This document shows positions 28,069 through 37,112 of a stretch of 64,000 nt of DNA, one piece after another. How positions within the stretch are numbered: position 1 is the first letter of the stretch; every line of letters starts with the position of its first letter. The stretch is taken from IMG/VR virus record IMGVR_UViG_3300017650_000009. The stretch is one strand, 5' to 3'. Source of the stretch: a virus (lineage: Duplodnaviria > Heunggongvirae > Uroviricota > Caudoviricetes). A model generated the notes under the pieces. That model was not told the DNA's origin, ran no database searches, and saw only the letters and a list, made by a program, of their open reading frames with translations. The position numbers and the translations under genes are program-made.

Positions 28069-30240
28069 ATGGCTAGTAATACATCACGTCCAGAGGGCTT
28101 GCGTAAAATTGGTACGACCACAATAGATTCTACCAATCGTTTGAGCTTGATCGACTATTTGAATTTGGATCGTGCTGTTGTAACGTTCCGTGGTATCGAG
28201 GGTGGTGATGGTATTACCGTTTCGCTCGTTGATGCTGACGGCGCAAGTGCAACTGACGGTTCCGTAATCCGCATCACTGCAAATGGCGGTGGCACAGGTG
28301 GCGGCGATGGTGCAAAGTGGTTTGCACAGTCCGGTGTTCCTGCAGCAGGTTTGGGTGCTGATGGCGATATGGCATTGGACACCGATACTGGTGACGTTTA
28401 TCAGAAGTCTGCTGGTACATGGGCTATTAAGGGCAACATCCGTGGCCCACAGGGCATCCAGGGGATTCAGGGCGTCCAAGGTGAACAGGGCGAACAGGGC
28501 ATTGAAGGTCCACAGGGCATTCAAGGTATCCAGGGAGAAAAGGGCGATAAAGGTGACAAGGGAGACAAGGGCGATAAGGGCGATAAGGGCGATGCCGGTA
28601 CAGGTATTACGCTAAAGGGTTCTGTTGCTACTGAAGCTGATCTTCCGGAAACCGGAAACGTCGAAGGCGACACCTACTTGGTAGCCGACAATGGTCACCT
28701 ATTCGTATTCAATGGTACCGAGTTTGTAGACGCTGGTCAGATCCAGGGTCCAGCTGGTGAGAAAGGCGAAAAGGGAGACAAGGGCGATAAGGGCGACCAA
28801 GGTGAGCAGGGCATCCAGGGGATTCAGGGCGTCCAAGGTGAAAAAGGCGACCAAGGTGAGCAGGGCATCCAGGGCGAACAAGGCATTCAAGGCGAAAAGG
28901 GTGAACGTGGTGAACAGGGTGTTCGTGGCGAAACCGGAGCCAAGGGTGATAAGGGAGACAAGGGCGATGCGGGTGCGTCCGCTTATGATGTAGCCGTTGA
29001 TGCCGGATTTGTTGGTACAGAAGCTGAATGGCTTGAAAGCCTAAAGGGCGAAAAGGGTGATACTGGTGATGAAGGACCACAAGGCCCTGCAGGTGAAGGC
29101 GTTGCTGACACAACTGGTATTGCTGATGGCTATGTTTTGGTACGTGATTCCTCAGCTACTGAAGGTACAAAGTGGGTTGCAAGCCCTGCCGCTACTGTTG
29201 AAATTTCTGCAGAAGATGGTAACGTATTGGAGCAGAAGGCCGATGGTCTCTATGCTACTGGTATTGCTGGTGAAAAGGGTGACAAGGGCGATACTGGCGA
29301 AAATGGCAAGTCCGCATATGAACTAGCTGTTGAATCTGGCTTTGTTGGCACTGAGGCTGAGTGGCTAGCTTCGCTAAAGGGTGACCAAGGCGATGAAGGC
29401 CCTCAGGGCCCAGCTGGTGCCGGTCTTGTTGCTGGTGGTACTACAGGTCAGATGCTTGTTAAGAAATCCAATACAGATTTTGACACTGAATGGGTTAACG
29501 CTGGTTCTGGCGGTGGCTCCATTGGTACTACTGATTCTACAAGTATTGCTTTCACAGGCAATGGTGAAACTGGTACTGAGTTGTCCGCAACAGTAAAGAT
29601 TTCCCCTAATAGTGATAATGCTTTGACTGCGTCAGCAAACGGTTTGTTTGTTCCTACAGCACCTGCGTATTCCGTTTCTGATACAAACTCCATCGATATG
29701 ACCCTCACAGGTTCTGCAATTAGTGGTTCTGTAAAGCGTTCTGCAACTGCAAACAACCGAATCACAGAACAGGCTGATGGTCTCCATGTTGCTCCTGTCG
29801 CGATTCAGAAGGATGCTACTGCGGTTTCTGCTAATCCAACTGCGATTAACTTCACAGGTGCCGGTGTTACAGTTACTGAAAATGCTGGTGTTTCCACTGT
29901 TAATATTCCTGGTGGTTCCGGTGGTGGCTTGGATGTTTTTGAGGTTATTGTTGAATATAACGATTCTGATAATTTCACTGTTATCGATTTTCCAGCTGGC
30001 TGGACTGTAACCCAAGGTCTCGGAACTACACTACAGGTAACACATAATACTGGCAAGTCTCTGTTCCTTTCTCAGGCTGTGACAACCAGATCACCAACTA
30101 ACCATACATATGTAACATTGGGTTCAAATTTGGCACCTGTTACTATCGTAAGCGGAACACAGTTTTTCTTTACGGCTGATACCGATACAGTTGGTGGCAA
30201 TCCTGCTGATAGAACTACATTCAGATTCTTGATGGTATAA
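28069..30240 (+). CDS. collagen-like fibre protein
   Basis: Long Gly-X-Y tracts (GIQ/GEQ/GDK), duplicated [19 protein letters not shown]; TAAATA at 28013, AGGAGG RBS. Confidence 0.85.
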   Translation: MASNTSRPEGLRKIGTTTIDSTNRLSLIDYLNLDRAVVTFRGIEGGDGITVSLVDADGASATDGSVIRITANGGGTGGGDGAKWFAQSGVPAAGLGADGDMALDTDTGDVYQKSAGTWAIKGNIRGPQGIQGIQGVQGEQGEQGIEGPQGIQGIQGEKGDKGDKGDKGDKGDKGDAGTGITLKGSVATEADLPETGNVEGDTYLVADNGHLFVFNGTEFVDAGQIQGPAGEKGEKGDKGDKGDQGEQGIQGIQGVQGEKGDQGEQGIQGEQGIQGEKGERGEQGVRGETGAKGDKGDKGDAGASAYDVAVDAGFVGTEAEWLESLKGEKGDTGDEGPQGPAGEGVADTTGIADGYVLVRDSSATEGTKWVASPAATVEISAEDGNVLEQKADGLYATGIAGEKGDKGDTGENGKSAYELAVESGFVGTEAEWLASLKGDQGDEGPQGPAGAGLVAGGTTGQMLVKKSNTDFDTEWVNAGSGGGSIGTTDSTSIAFTGNGETGTELSATVKISPNSDNALTASANGLFVPTAPAYSVSDTNSIDMTLTGSAISGSVKRSATANNRITEQADGLHVAPVAIQKDATAVSANPTAINFTGAGVTVTENAGVSTVNIPGGSGGGLDVFEVIVEYNDSDNFTVIDFPAGWTVTQGLGTTLQVTHNTGKSLFLSQAVTTRSPTNHTYVTLGSNLAPVTIVSGTQFFFTADTDTVGGNPADRTTFRFLMV
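28450..28842 (+). repeat. 36-bp exact direct repeat within collagen tracts
   Basis: CAGGGCATCCAGGGGATTCAGGGCGTCCAAGGTGAA at 28450-28485 and 28807-28842. Confidence 0.8.
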
Positions 30241-30244
30241 CATT

Positions 30245-30278
30245 AAATGAGGGCAATGAACGTTCATTGCCCTCATTT
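30245..30278. repeat. perfect 34-bp palindrome (probable terminator)
   Basis: AAATGAGGGCAATGAAC|GTTCATTGCCCTCATTT. Confidence 0.8.
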
Positions 30279-30301
30279 CTAAGAACAAAATGGAGGTCAC
30301 A

Positions 30302-31354
30302 ATGCAGCTACCAATTAAAACAATTGTTGGAAATATTCAAACAATTTACAATGGGACACGTTGGAGTGACCCAAGTAACACATTAACAAATAACAAATTT
30401 TATCGCTGGATTGTTGTTCTTACCATAACGCCAAAGCGCCAGAGTTCATTAGAAACAAATACACCCAAACGTTATGATGGTTTGGATCTCAAAGTGGGAT
30501 CGTGGTTTGCAGATTCAACGGGTAAAGCTTATAAAATTGTGAGTTTTACTGAACAAACAGCGACAAATGTAACTTTGACGTGTGAAGATGTGGATTTCTA
30601 CAATGCTATCAATGACACCACGACTGCATTCAACGGTATACCAAAAAGTGGTAATTGTGTATTTTTCGATATATCCGAATTAGGGGTACCACAGATCGAA
30701 GGAGTTTCATCCCTTACATATAACCCTGCGTCTATTGCCACTTTGAATACTCGATTCTTTACCTATAATCCAAATATAAATTTTGTTAATATTAAGCAAA
30801 CAAATCATGGTTTGAATGTAGGCGACATCGTTGCAATTAATACAGACACGGGGCTCTATGATCTTGCAACATCTTCGGACTTTGCCGTTGGTATTGTTAC
30901 TATGATTAATAACCCTTCTAATGACTATTTTAGTTTTGAACCTTTCGGTAAAATCGATGATTCCATTAAAACACCATTGATTGGCGAAATGGGTGATATA
31001 TTTTATTTGGATCCTGCTAATCCAGGTAAACTCACAAAAGAAAAACCTGTTGGAAAAAATAAACCAATTTATATTCGTCTTGAATCTGAAACCAAAGCTA
31101 TTCTTCTAGACACTATTTCTGATACTGTTGCAACAATAATCACATATGAGATGGAAACAGTTACACAGGATCAAATAGAATTTGAACTCCCTACAGACGC
31201 GGTTCGTGTTCTGGAAATGAGTATCAATGGCATCGAAAATAAGAATTTTACGTTCGATGTATCAACGCACAAAGTAACATTCGACCCAGTAAAGACCGGT
31301 TACAACGTCGACCCTGAAGACATTGTTATTTTTACGTACGAAACTTTTAATTAA
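30302..31354 (+). CDS. putative structural protein
   Basis: Sits in fibre cluster; C-terminal beta domain (..INGI..) resembles that of next ORF (..FNGV..). Confidence 0.65.
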   Translation: MQLPIKTIVGNIQTIYNGTRWSDPSNTLTNNKFYRWIVVLTITPKRQSSLETNTPKRYDGLDLKVGSWFADSTGKAYKIVSFTEQTATNVTLTCEDVDFYNAINDTTTAFNGIPKSGNCVFFDISELGVPQIEGVSSLTYNPASIATLNTRFFTYNPNINFVNIKQTNHGLNVGDIVAINTDTGLYDLATSSDFAVGIVTMINNPSNDYFSFEPFGKIDDSIKTPLIGEMGDIFYLDPANPGKLTKEKPVGKNKPIYIRLESETKAILLDTISDTVATIITYEMETVTQDQIEFELPTDAVRVLEMSINGIENKNFTFDVSTHKVTFDPVKTGYNVDPEDIVIFTYETFN

Positions 31355-31365
31355 AAGGATTAATT

Positions 31366-32658
31366 ATGGCATTTATTCGTGCAAAACAAATTAAGCTAGG
31401 CGCAGAAGGTGATCTACTCGTCGGCGGCGTAGGCGGTAACGGTGTTTCCCTTGCTAAGGGTGCAGCCGGTGAAGTCCTACGTGCGACGGCTACTGGTGTG
31501 GAATATCACGCTCTTTCTGCGGCTGATATCACTCGTGGTGCTGGTACTGTTGAATCTGCAATTGCAGCTCTCGAAACAGCAACCACATTCACTCCGATCG
31601 ATAATGGCATCCGTTCCATTACTGGTCCATCACTAAGCCAGGCGATTGCTCAGTCTGTTAATCTCGGTGCAATCACAAAGCGTGATGCAACTGTTGATCC
31701 AACTGTTACTGATGACTCCGCTGCAGGCTATGCAGTTGGTGATTTCTGGCTCAACGGCAATAAGTTGTTCGTTGCTTCCGATGTTACTGTTGGTGCAGCG
31801 GTTTGGACTCGTGTTGATGCTGGTGCGGCTACTGACGTTTTCAAGTTCAGTGGTACAGTTGATGCTTCCCTTGAAGCTAACTTGCCAGCTGATCCAGAAA
31901 CCGGTAACGTTTATCGTGTTACTGTTGCTGGTGACTTCGAAGGCGAAGGCCCTTATGTTAACGTTGGCGACTATATCGTTTGGAACGGTTCTGCTTGGGA
32001 CGTAATCGACAACACTGATCCAGTTGTTAGTGGTACTGCTGGTCGTATTGCTGTTACAGGCAATGCTGATCTCGGTTACACCATCAATATTGATCCAACA
32101 TATGTTGGTCAGAACACAATCACCACACTCGGTACCATCACAACTGGTACTTGGGAAGGCACAACAATTGACATCGCTCATGGTGGTACTGGTCTTGCTA
32201 CTGTTGGTGCTGCTGGTCAAGTTCTCACTGTTAACGCTGCTGGCGATGCTCTTGAGTACGCTTATGTTGGTGCACTTAAGGATTCTGCTGGTGCAAATGC
32301 CGTAACTATTACTGGAACTGGTGCTACTGCTAAGGCTGTTGCTGCAAACGCGACTGTCGCTGGTGATGCTGCAAATACGCTTGCAACTAAGGGTTTCGTT
32401 GAAGGTCTTATCGCTTCTGGCGGTACGGCAATGTTCGATGAAGATCATGAAGTTCCTGCTGATCCAGATGCAAACTTTGAGTTCACAATTGCGAAGGAAG
32501 CAATTGGTACTGTTGCGGTTTACTTCAATGGTGTGAAGCTTAAGACAACAGGCTATACTGTAACTGGCACAACTGTTGCTTTGGTTGATTCCGTTAATGG
32601 TTATGCAGCCGAAGAAGGCGATACACTAAGCGTAAGCTACATGGCTCTTTCTGCTTAA
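31366..32658 (+). CDS. putative fibre/structural protein
   Basis: A/G/T/V-rich; DDSAAGYAVG, GGTGL...GQVL, LATKGFV fibre motifs. Confidence 0.75.
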   Translation: MAFIRAKQIKLGAEGDLLVGGVGGNGVSLAKGAAGEVLRATATGVEYHALSAADITRGAGTVESAIAALETATTFTPIDNGIRSITGPSLSQAIAQSVNLGAITKRDATVDPTVTDDSAAGYAVGDFWLNGNKLFVASDVTVGAAVWTRVDAGAATDVFKFSGTVDASLEANLPADPETGNVYRVTVAGDFEGEGPYVNVGDYIVWNGSAWDVIDNTDPVVSGTAGRIAVTGNADLGYTINIDPTYVGQNTITTLGTITTGTWEGTTIDIAHGGTGLATVGAAGQVLTVNAAGDALEYAYVGALKDSAGANAVTITGTGATAKAVAANATVAGDAANTLATKGFVEGLIASGGTAMFDEDHEVPADPDANFEFTIAKEAIGTVAVYFNGVKLKTTGYTVTGTTVALVDSVNGYAAEEGDTLSVSYMALSA

Positions 32659-32663
32659 TACTA

Positions 32664-32696
32664 ATGGGGGATGGACTTGAATGCTCCATCCCTCAT
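32664..32696 (+). terminator. hairpin / terminator before late promoter
   Basis: ATGGGGGATGGA/TCCATCCCTCAT; TAAATA at 32701. Confidence 0.5.
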
Positions 32697-32739
32697 CCAA
32701 TAAATACCGAAAATTTAACGTTTGAAGGGGTTTCAAATG

Positions 32740-34737
32740 AGCTTGTTAAAAGTCAAACAAATTGCTGCACCAGCAAATTCTTCGGGTGCTACCATTATTG
32801 TTGGTCCCGATGGGAAAGTAAGCTGGTCTTCTACGCTAACAAGCGCATTGGTTCTTCCTACTGGCTCTTCTGCAGAACGCCCAACTCAGTTGGTTCCTGG
32901 ATCGATTCGTTTCAACTCTGAAACACAAAAGGCGGAAATCTACAACGGCACTGAATGGAAAGAAGTTGGTTCCGGTGCTGGTGGTGGATCAGGCGATCGC
33001 ATTAACAACGAAACCGATACTACTTTTGTTGATACAGTTCAGGTTGAAAATCATGTTATTGCTGGCGCTTTTGGTAAGACTGTTTTGGAAATCACAGCTA
33101 GTGAAACAGAAGCAACCGCCGGAGAAAAAGTAACCGTAACTAACATTGATAACGAAGTACAGATGCGCGTGTCTAATACCGCAGCAACTGGCGATGTTGA
33201 TTTACGTTTGATTCCACAAGGTTCTGGTCACGTTTATTTGGGCGTAACTGGCGATGGTATTGTTGAGGCCGAAGCTGAGTTCGATCTAGTTGTTCGTGGT
33301 GGTAAATCCACTGGACCAAATGGTGGTGATCTTATACTTACAGGTGGTGAAGGTTCTGGTGCTACCTCAAATGGTGGTAATGTTCTGATTGCACCGGGCA
33401 AGGCACTGGATACTGGCTCAGCTGGTATTGTTCGTGTGGATGACGCCAATGACAACCCAGTTTTGTCCTTTGCTAGTGCTGGTACAGGTAATGCCAACTA
33501 TTTGGAAATAGAAAACGGCGTTATGGATCTTGCTGATATAGTCAAGAACAGTGTCAAAATCCGTGCCAATGCGCTCAGTGCTTCGGGTAACGTAGATATG
33601 CACTTGGGTACTAAAGGCACTGGCCTGGTCCGTGTTGAAGGATATTCCGCCTATATGAATGCATTGGGTGCCACAGGTAACAACGATGCGCTTGTAACCA
33701 AGGGATATGTTGCCCAGCTTATGGGTGGCGAAACTGGTATTGTTACTGCGGGTGTTGGTCTCACCGACGACAACGGAACATTTAATGTAAACTTGGCCGC
33801 TGATACCGTTAAAGTAGATGCTACTGGTAACCTAATAGTTGCGAGTAATGCAACTGATGGGCATATTTTGACCAGCACTGGAACCACAGGACAACAGGCT
33901 GTTTGGGGACCATTGAATCTAGCCAATACAAATAGTTTTGCTGGTGCTTTGAGTCCAGCGCGTGGTGGTACAGGTCTCGCTGAATACAATGTAGGTGATC
34001 TCCTCGTTGGTGGCGAAACAAATAGTCTTTCCACACTCGCAGTTGGTACAAATGGTCAGATTCTAATCATCGACAATGGCATCCCAGCTTATGAATTTCC
34101 AACCAAGCTAACTGATGCCAATGGTGAACTAACACTTCAAATTGAAGATCATGTCATAAACGGGAATGCTTGGTTCACAATGACCGCAGCTATGGATGAT
34201 GACAACGTTGTCTTAGGCGTAGCGGGTAATCGTCCAGATATTGGTATGACGATTGCAACTGTTGGTACGGGTTTGATTCATGCAGTTTCCGGTTATACTG
34301 ATAATATTATTCCAGCAAGTTCCAAAGAAACAATCATTACTAAGGGTTATCTAGAGGCTGCGTTGTCTGGTAGTTCTGAAACTCTTACTCGTCGTGCAAC
34401 ACTGAATGCAGACTGGTCCAGTACAATGAATATTGGTGAACCTACTCCAGTTACGAGTGGTGGATTCAATCTTTATGTAACACGCGTCATGCTACAAGTT
34501 GTAAGTCCAATCACCGGTGGTGGCGTAGCAAGTGCAAATATTCAGGCAAACGGTATAGCGATGGATATTTCCGAAAACGACATTACCGAAGCTGGTATAT
34601 ATTTGGTGGATCTTCCACAAAGTTTTGTTTCTCAGGAAACTCAGATTACAATCAATTTCTTCCAGGCCAACGGTACTACACCGGCAACCCCAACAGGTGG
34701 CGAAGTGGTTGTAACTGCAAATTACGTTATTCGATAA
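32740..34737 (+). CDS. putative tail fibre/structural protein
   Basis: LP.G..AERP...G.IRFN....E.YNG..W motif, TKGY repeats, GGTGL. Confidence 0.75.
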   Translation, partial: SLLKVKQIAAPANSSGATIIVGPDGKVSWSSTLTSALVLPTGSSAERPTQLVPGSIRFNSETQKAEIYNGTEWKEVGSGAGGGSGDRINNETDTTFVDTVQVENHVIAGAFGKTVLEITASETEATAGEKVTVTNIDNEVQMRVSNTAATGDVDLRLIPQGSGHVYLGVTGDGIVEAEAEFDLVVRGGKSTGPNGGDLILTGGEGSGATSNGGNVLIAPGKALDTGSAGIVRVDDANDNPVLSFASAGTGNANYLEIENGVMDLADIVKNSVKIRANALSASGNVDMHLGTKGTGLVRVEGYSAYMNALGATGNNDALVTKGYVAQLMGGETGIVTAGVGLTDDNGTFNVNLAADTVKVDATGNLIVASNATDGHILTSTGTTGQQAVWGPLNLANTNSFAGALSPARGGTGLAEYNVGDLLVGGETNSLSTLAVGTNGQILIIDNGIPAYEFPTKLTDANGELTLQIEDHVINGNAWFTMTAAMDDDNVVLGVAGNRPDIGMTIATVGTGLIHAVSGYTDNIIPASSKETIITKGYLEAALSGSSETLTRRATLNADWSSTMNIGEPTPVTSGGFNLYVTRVMLQVVSPITGGGVASANIQANGIAMDISENDITEAGIYLVDLPQSFVSQETQITINFFQANGTTPATPTGGEVVVTANYVIR

Positions 34738-34784
34738 CTAACTGACGATGATAATCGACGGACATAGATCCGACAGGAGTTAAA

Positions 34785-35489
34785 ATGGCTATTACATATT
34801 CAGCTAAGGGAACATCGTTCCCTAGCTTTACAATTGGTAAAAAGGGCGCAACTGTACTTCAGGGGATCGTTGCTCCACTTCAAACTGATGGAAAAGAAGG
34901 CGACATTTATATTCAGAATGGTGGTACCCCTGCTTTGTGGCAGAAAGTAGCTGGCGTATGGAATAAAATTGGCAACTTTGGTTCCAAGATTTTTACTGGT
35001 ACTACAAGTGTTGATACTGCGGAAGAAGCTAATCGCATTACAATCAATGCTGATGGCGCTCGCATTATGGAGATCCTAAACGGTGCGGCAGTAAACGGAG
35101 AGAAAGTAGAAATCTCTAATATTGCCGGTGGTATTAAGATTGAAACCAAAGATGCATCGAATCAGGATTCTGTCGATCTTCTCATCGATTTACAGGGCCA
35201 GGGTATTCTAAGAATTCAATCCGACGCAGACAGTGCAATTCGCACCGATGATGGTTCGCCGATTACGATCGAACCAGGCACCACAGCAAATGGTCCAGGC
35301 GCACTAACACTTAAGGGTGGATCCACAAGTAAAGCTGCAACTAAGGGTGCAAACGTCGAGCTTATTCCGGGAACTGGTCCTGCTGGTATGGGACAAATCG
35401 TAGCTCCGGTTGGTTATACCCCAACTGACCCATTATCCCTTATCACAAAGGAATATTTGGATGCCATTATCGCATCGTTGAATCCCTAA
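34785..35489 (+). CDS. putative fibre protein, partial paralogue of 32740..34737
   Basis: Shares VDT...GEKV...VDL....QG.G block and LITKEYLD. Confidence 0.7.
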   Translation: MAITYSAKGTSFPSFTIGKKGATVLQGIVAPLQTDGKEGDIYIQNGGTPALWQKVAGVWNKIGNFGSKIFTGTTSVDTAEEANRITINADGARIMEILNGAAVNGEKVEISNIAGGIKIETKDASNQDSVDLLIDLQGQGILRIQSDADSAIRTDDGSPITIEPGTTANGPGALTLKGGSTSKAATKGANVELIPGTGPAGMGQIVAPVGYTPTDPLSLITKEYLDAIIASLNP

Positions 35490-35569
35490 CTTATAAACCA
35501 TAAGTAGAAATAAGCCTAGAATTCACGTAAATATTACTGGATTCTAGGCTTATTCATAAGGGGCAAACT

Positions 35570-36070
35570 ATGGCCATTACAGATCGAAATCATGACCGCG
35601 GCAAATCAGAAGATTCATGGGTTGGCATTTATTGGCGTCCAGCTGCCGCTATTATATATTTGTTCATTTGTATGTTCGACTTTGTTGCGGTTCCAACATA
35701 TTTGGGTCTCGGCGGAGAACCACTCAAGGAAATTATTCTTGCAGTAAAAGACTTACCCGCTGATACACAGACTATTGTTTTGAATCACAAGCTATCAAGT
35801 TGGGAACCACTAACACTCAAGGGTGGTGGTTTGTTCCACGTTGCATTTGGTGCCATTTTGGGTGCGACGGTATGGTCTCGTGGTCAAGAACGAATCAACG
35901 AAATTCGTAGAGGTTGGCCACAGGAATCACAATATGAGGTTCCACCAAGCAATCAATACCAGTATAACCAACCACAGTATCCCGAGTATAATCAACAGAT
36001 AAATAACAACATACAAAACCCAAACATGCCTCGTGGAGGAGCAATTGACAACCCCGACGAAAACGGTTAA
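35570..36070 (+). CDS. probable holin (GTA 3TM-like)
   Basis: WRP followed by TM, GGGLFHVAFGAILG..W.RG.E; late promoter in upstream hairpin. Confidence 0.65.
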   Translation: MAITDRNHDRGKSEDSWVGIYWRPAAAIIYLFICMFDFVAVPTYLGLGGEPLKEIILAVKDLPADTQTIVLNHKLSSWEPLTLKGGGLFHVAFGAILGATVWSRGQERINEIRRGWPQESQYEVPPSNQYQYNQPQYPEYNQQINNNIQNPNMPRGGAIDNPDENG

Positions 36071-36674
36071 TCAATTTTATGTTCGAGTTGACACAGATCG
36101 CGAGCTTTCTCGCGATCTGGTCAAGCAATTATACTCGGCCATCAAATCAATCCTTCCCACTGGCTTACCGTCAAGCGTTGCATTGGAAAGTCCATCCGAC
36201 GGAGTTATTCCAGTTCGCTTGATTCATACGGTTACAACTGCAGGCGCACACCAATATGAGATACCACTAACTAGGCACCTAACGGATAATGAATTTGAAT
36301 TTCTAGTTGATTCCCTTTTAGTTCCCGACGATTTTACCATAATTAAGAGTGCGGCACCTATACAAGACTGGCGTCAGAAGCCAACTGGCCCAACTCAATT
36401 AGCGCCTGATGAATATGAAGTTTTTTGCGACACATTGGCCAAACGCCAACATGCTCGTTGGTGTGAAGAACGTACCGCAAATGGTTGGAGATATGGACCC
36501 ACGCATAGTGCCGGTGACCGTGTATCTCCGCTATTGCGCCCATGGCACGATCTCCCAGAGCAATATAGGAAAGTCGATCGTGTATTCCCCGAAGAAATCA
36601 TTAACATTATAGAGGAAATGGGTTTCGTAATTGTACCCAAGACCGAATTAACAAAGTTGACGAAAAAGAAATGA
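36045..36674 (+). CDS. RyR-domain protein
   Basis: LAKRQHARW..ER..GWRYG......SPLLRPWHDLPE.YR..D; TTG start after GGAGGAG. Confidence 0.75.
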   Translation: MTTPTKTVNQFYVRVDTDRELSRDLVKQLYSAIKSILPTGLPSSVALESPSDGVIPVRLIHTVTTAGAHQYEIPLTRHLTDNEFEFLVDSLLVPDDFTIIKSAAPIQDWRQKPTGPTQLAPDEYEVFCDTLAKRQHARWCEERTANGWRYGPTHSAGDRVSPLLRPWHDLPEQYRKVDRVFPEEIINIIEEMGFVIVPKTELTKLTKKK

Positions 36675-37087
36675 ATGTAGCTCAAGTAATAAAAAGACTA
36701 AAAATGGCAAAGAAGCCCGACATACAGCGTGAGTTGATTCTGGATGCATGGGAGAACTGCGATACGTTTTTTGTTGGTCTTCAAATGTCTTGCGATAAGG
36801 ATACAGTTATTCCATTGGAGAAAGTTCCTGAAATTCCACAGGATGATGGTGCCGAATCTGATTTTACATTCAATGACTTCCTTCGCTTGTATGACGAGAT
36901 TACACAAGTCGGCATGGATCCTGCAAAGGCTCGTGAACTCGTCATCGATGCGGCTATGATTGCTGATGTTGCTGAATGGAACACTTTCTATCGTCGAATA
37001 TTACTTCGTAAGCTACAAGATGATGTTCCAATGGAACTCATCGTTGAGGTATTACAGGAGTTGACAGGGTTTGAATTCCAGCTATAA
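36671..37087 (+). CDS. stand-alone domain resembling the N-terminus of phage ATP-dependent DNA ligases
   Basis: FF.GL.M..D, F..L, WN.FYRRILL pattern; no KxDG. Confidence 0.5.
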   Translation: MNVAQVIKRLKMAKKPDIQRELILDAWENCDTFFVGLQMSCDKDTVIPLEKVPEIPQDDGAESDFTFNDFLRLYDEITQVGMDPAKARELVIDAAMIADVAEWNTFYRRILLRKLQDDVPMELIVEVLQELTGFEFQL

Positions 37088-37088
37088 T
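37061..37088 (+). promoter_or_regulatory. sigma70-type promoter for ligase
   Basis: TTGACA-16 nt-TATAAT. Confidence 0.7.
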
Positions 37089-37112
37089 GGTCTCTAGCAA
37101 AAGGAGATTCAT

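Noticed and set aside
28440-29420. Repeats as a CRISPR array
   Set aside because: They are in-frame Gly-X-Y codon repeats without unique spacers; no cas genes seen.
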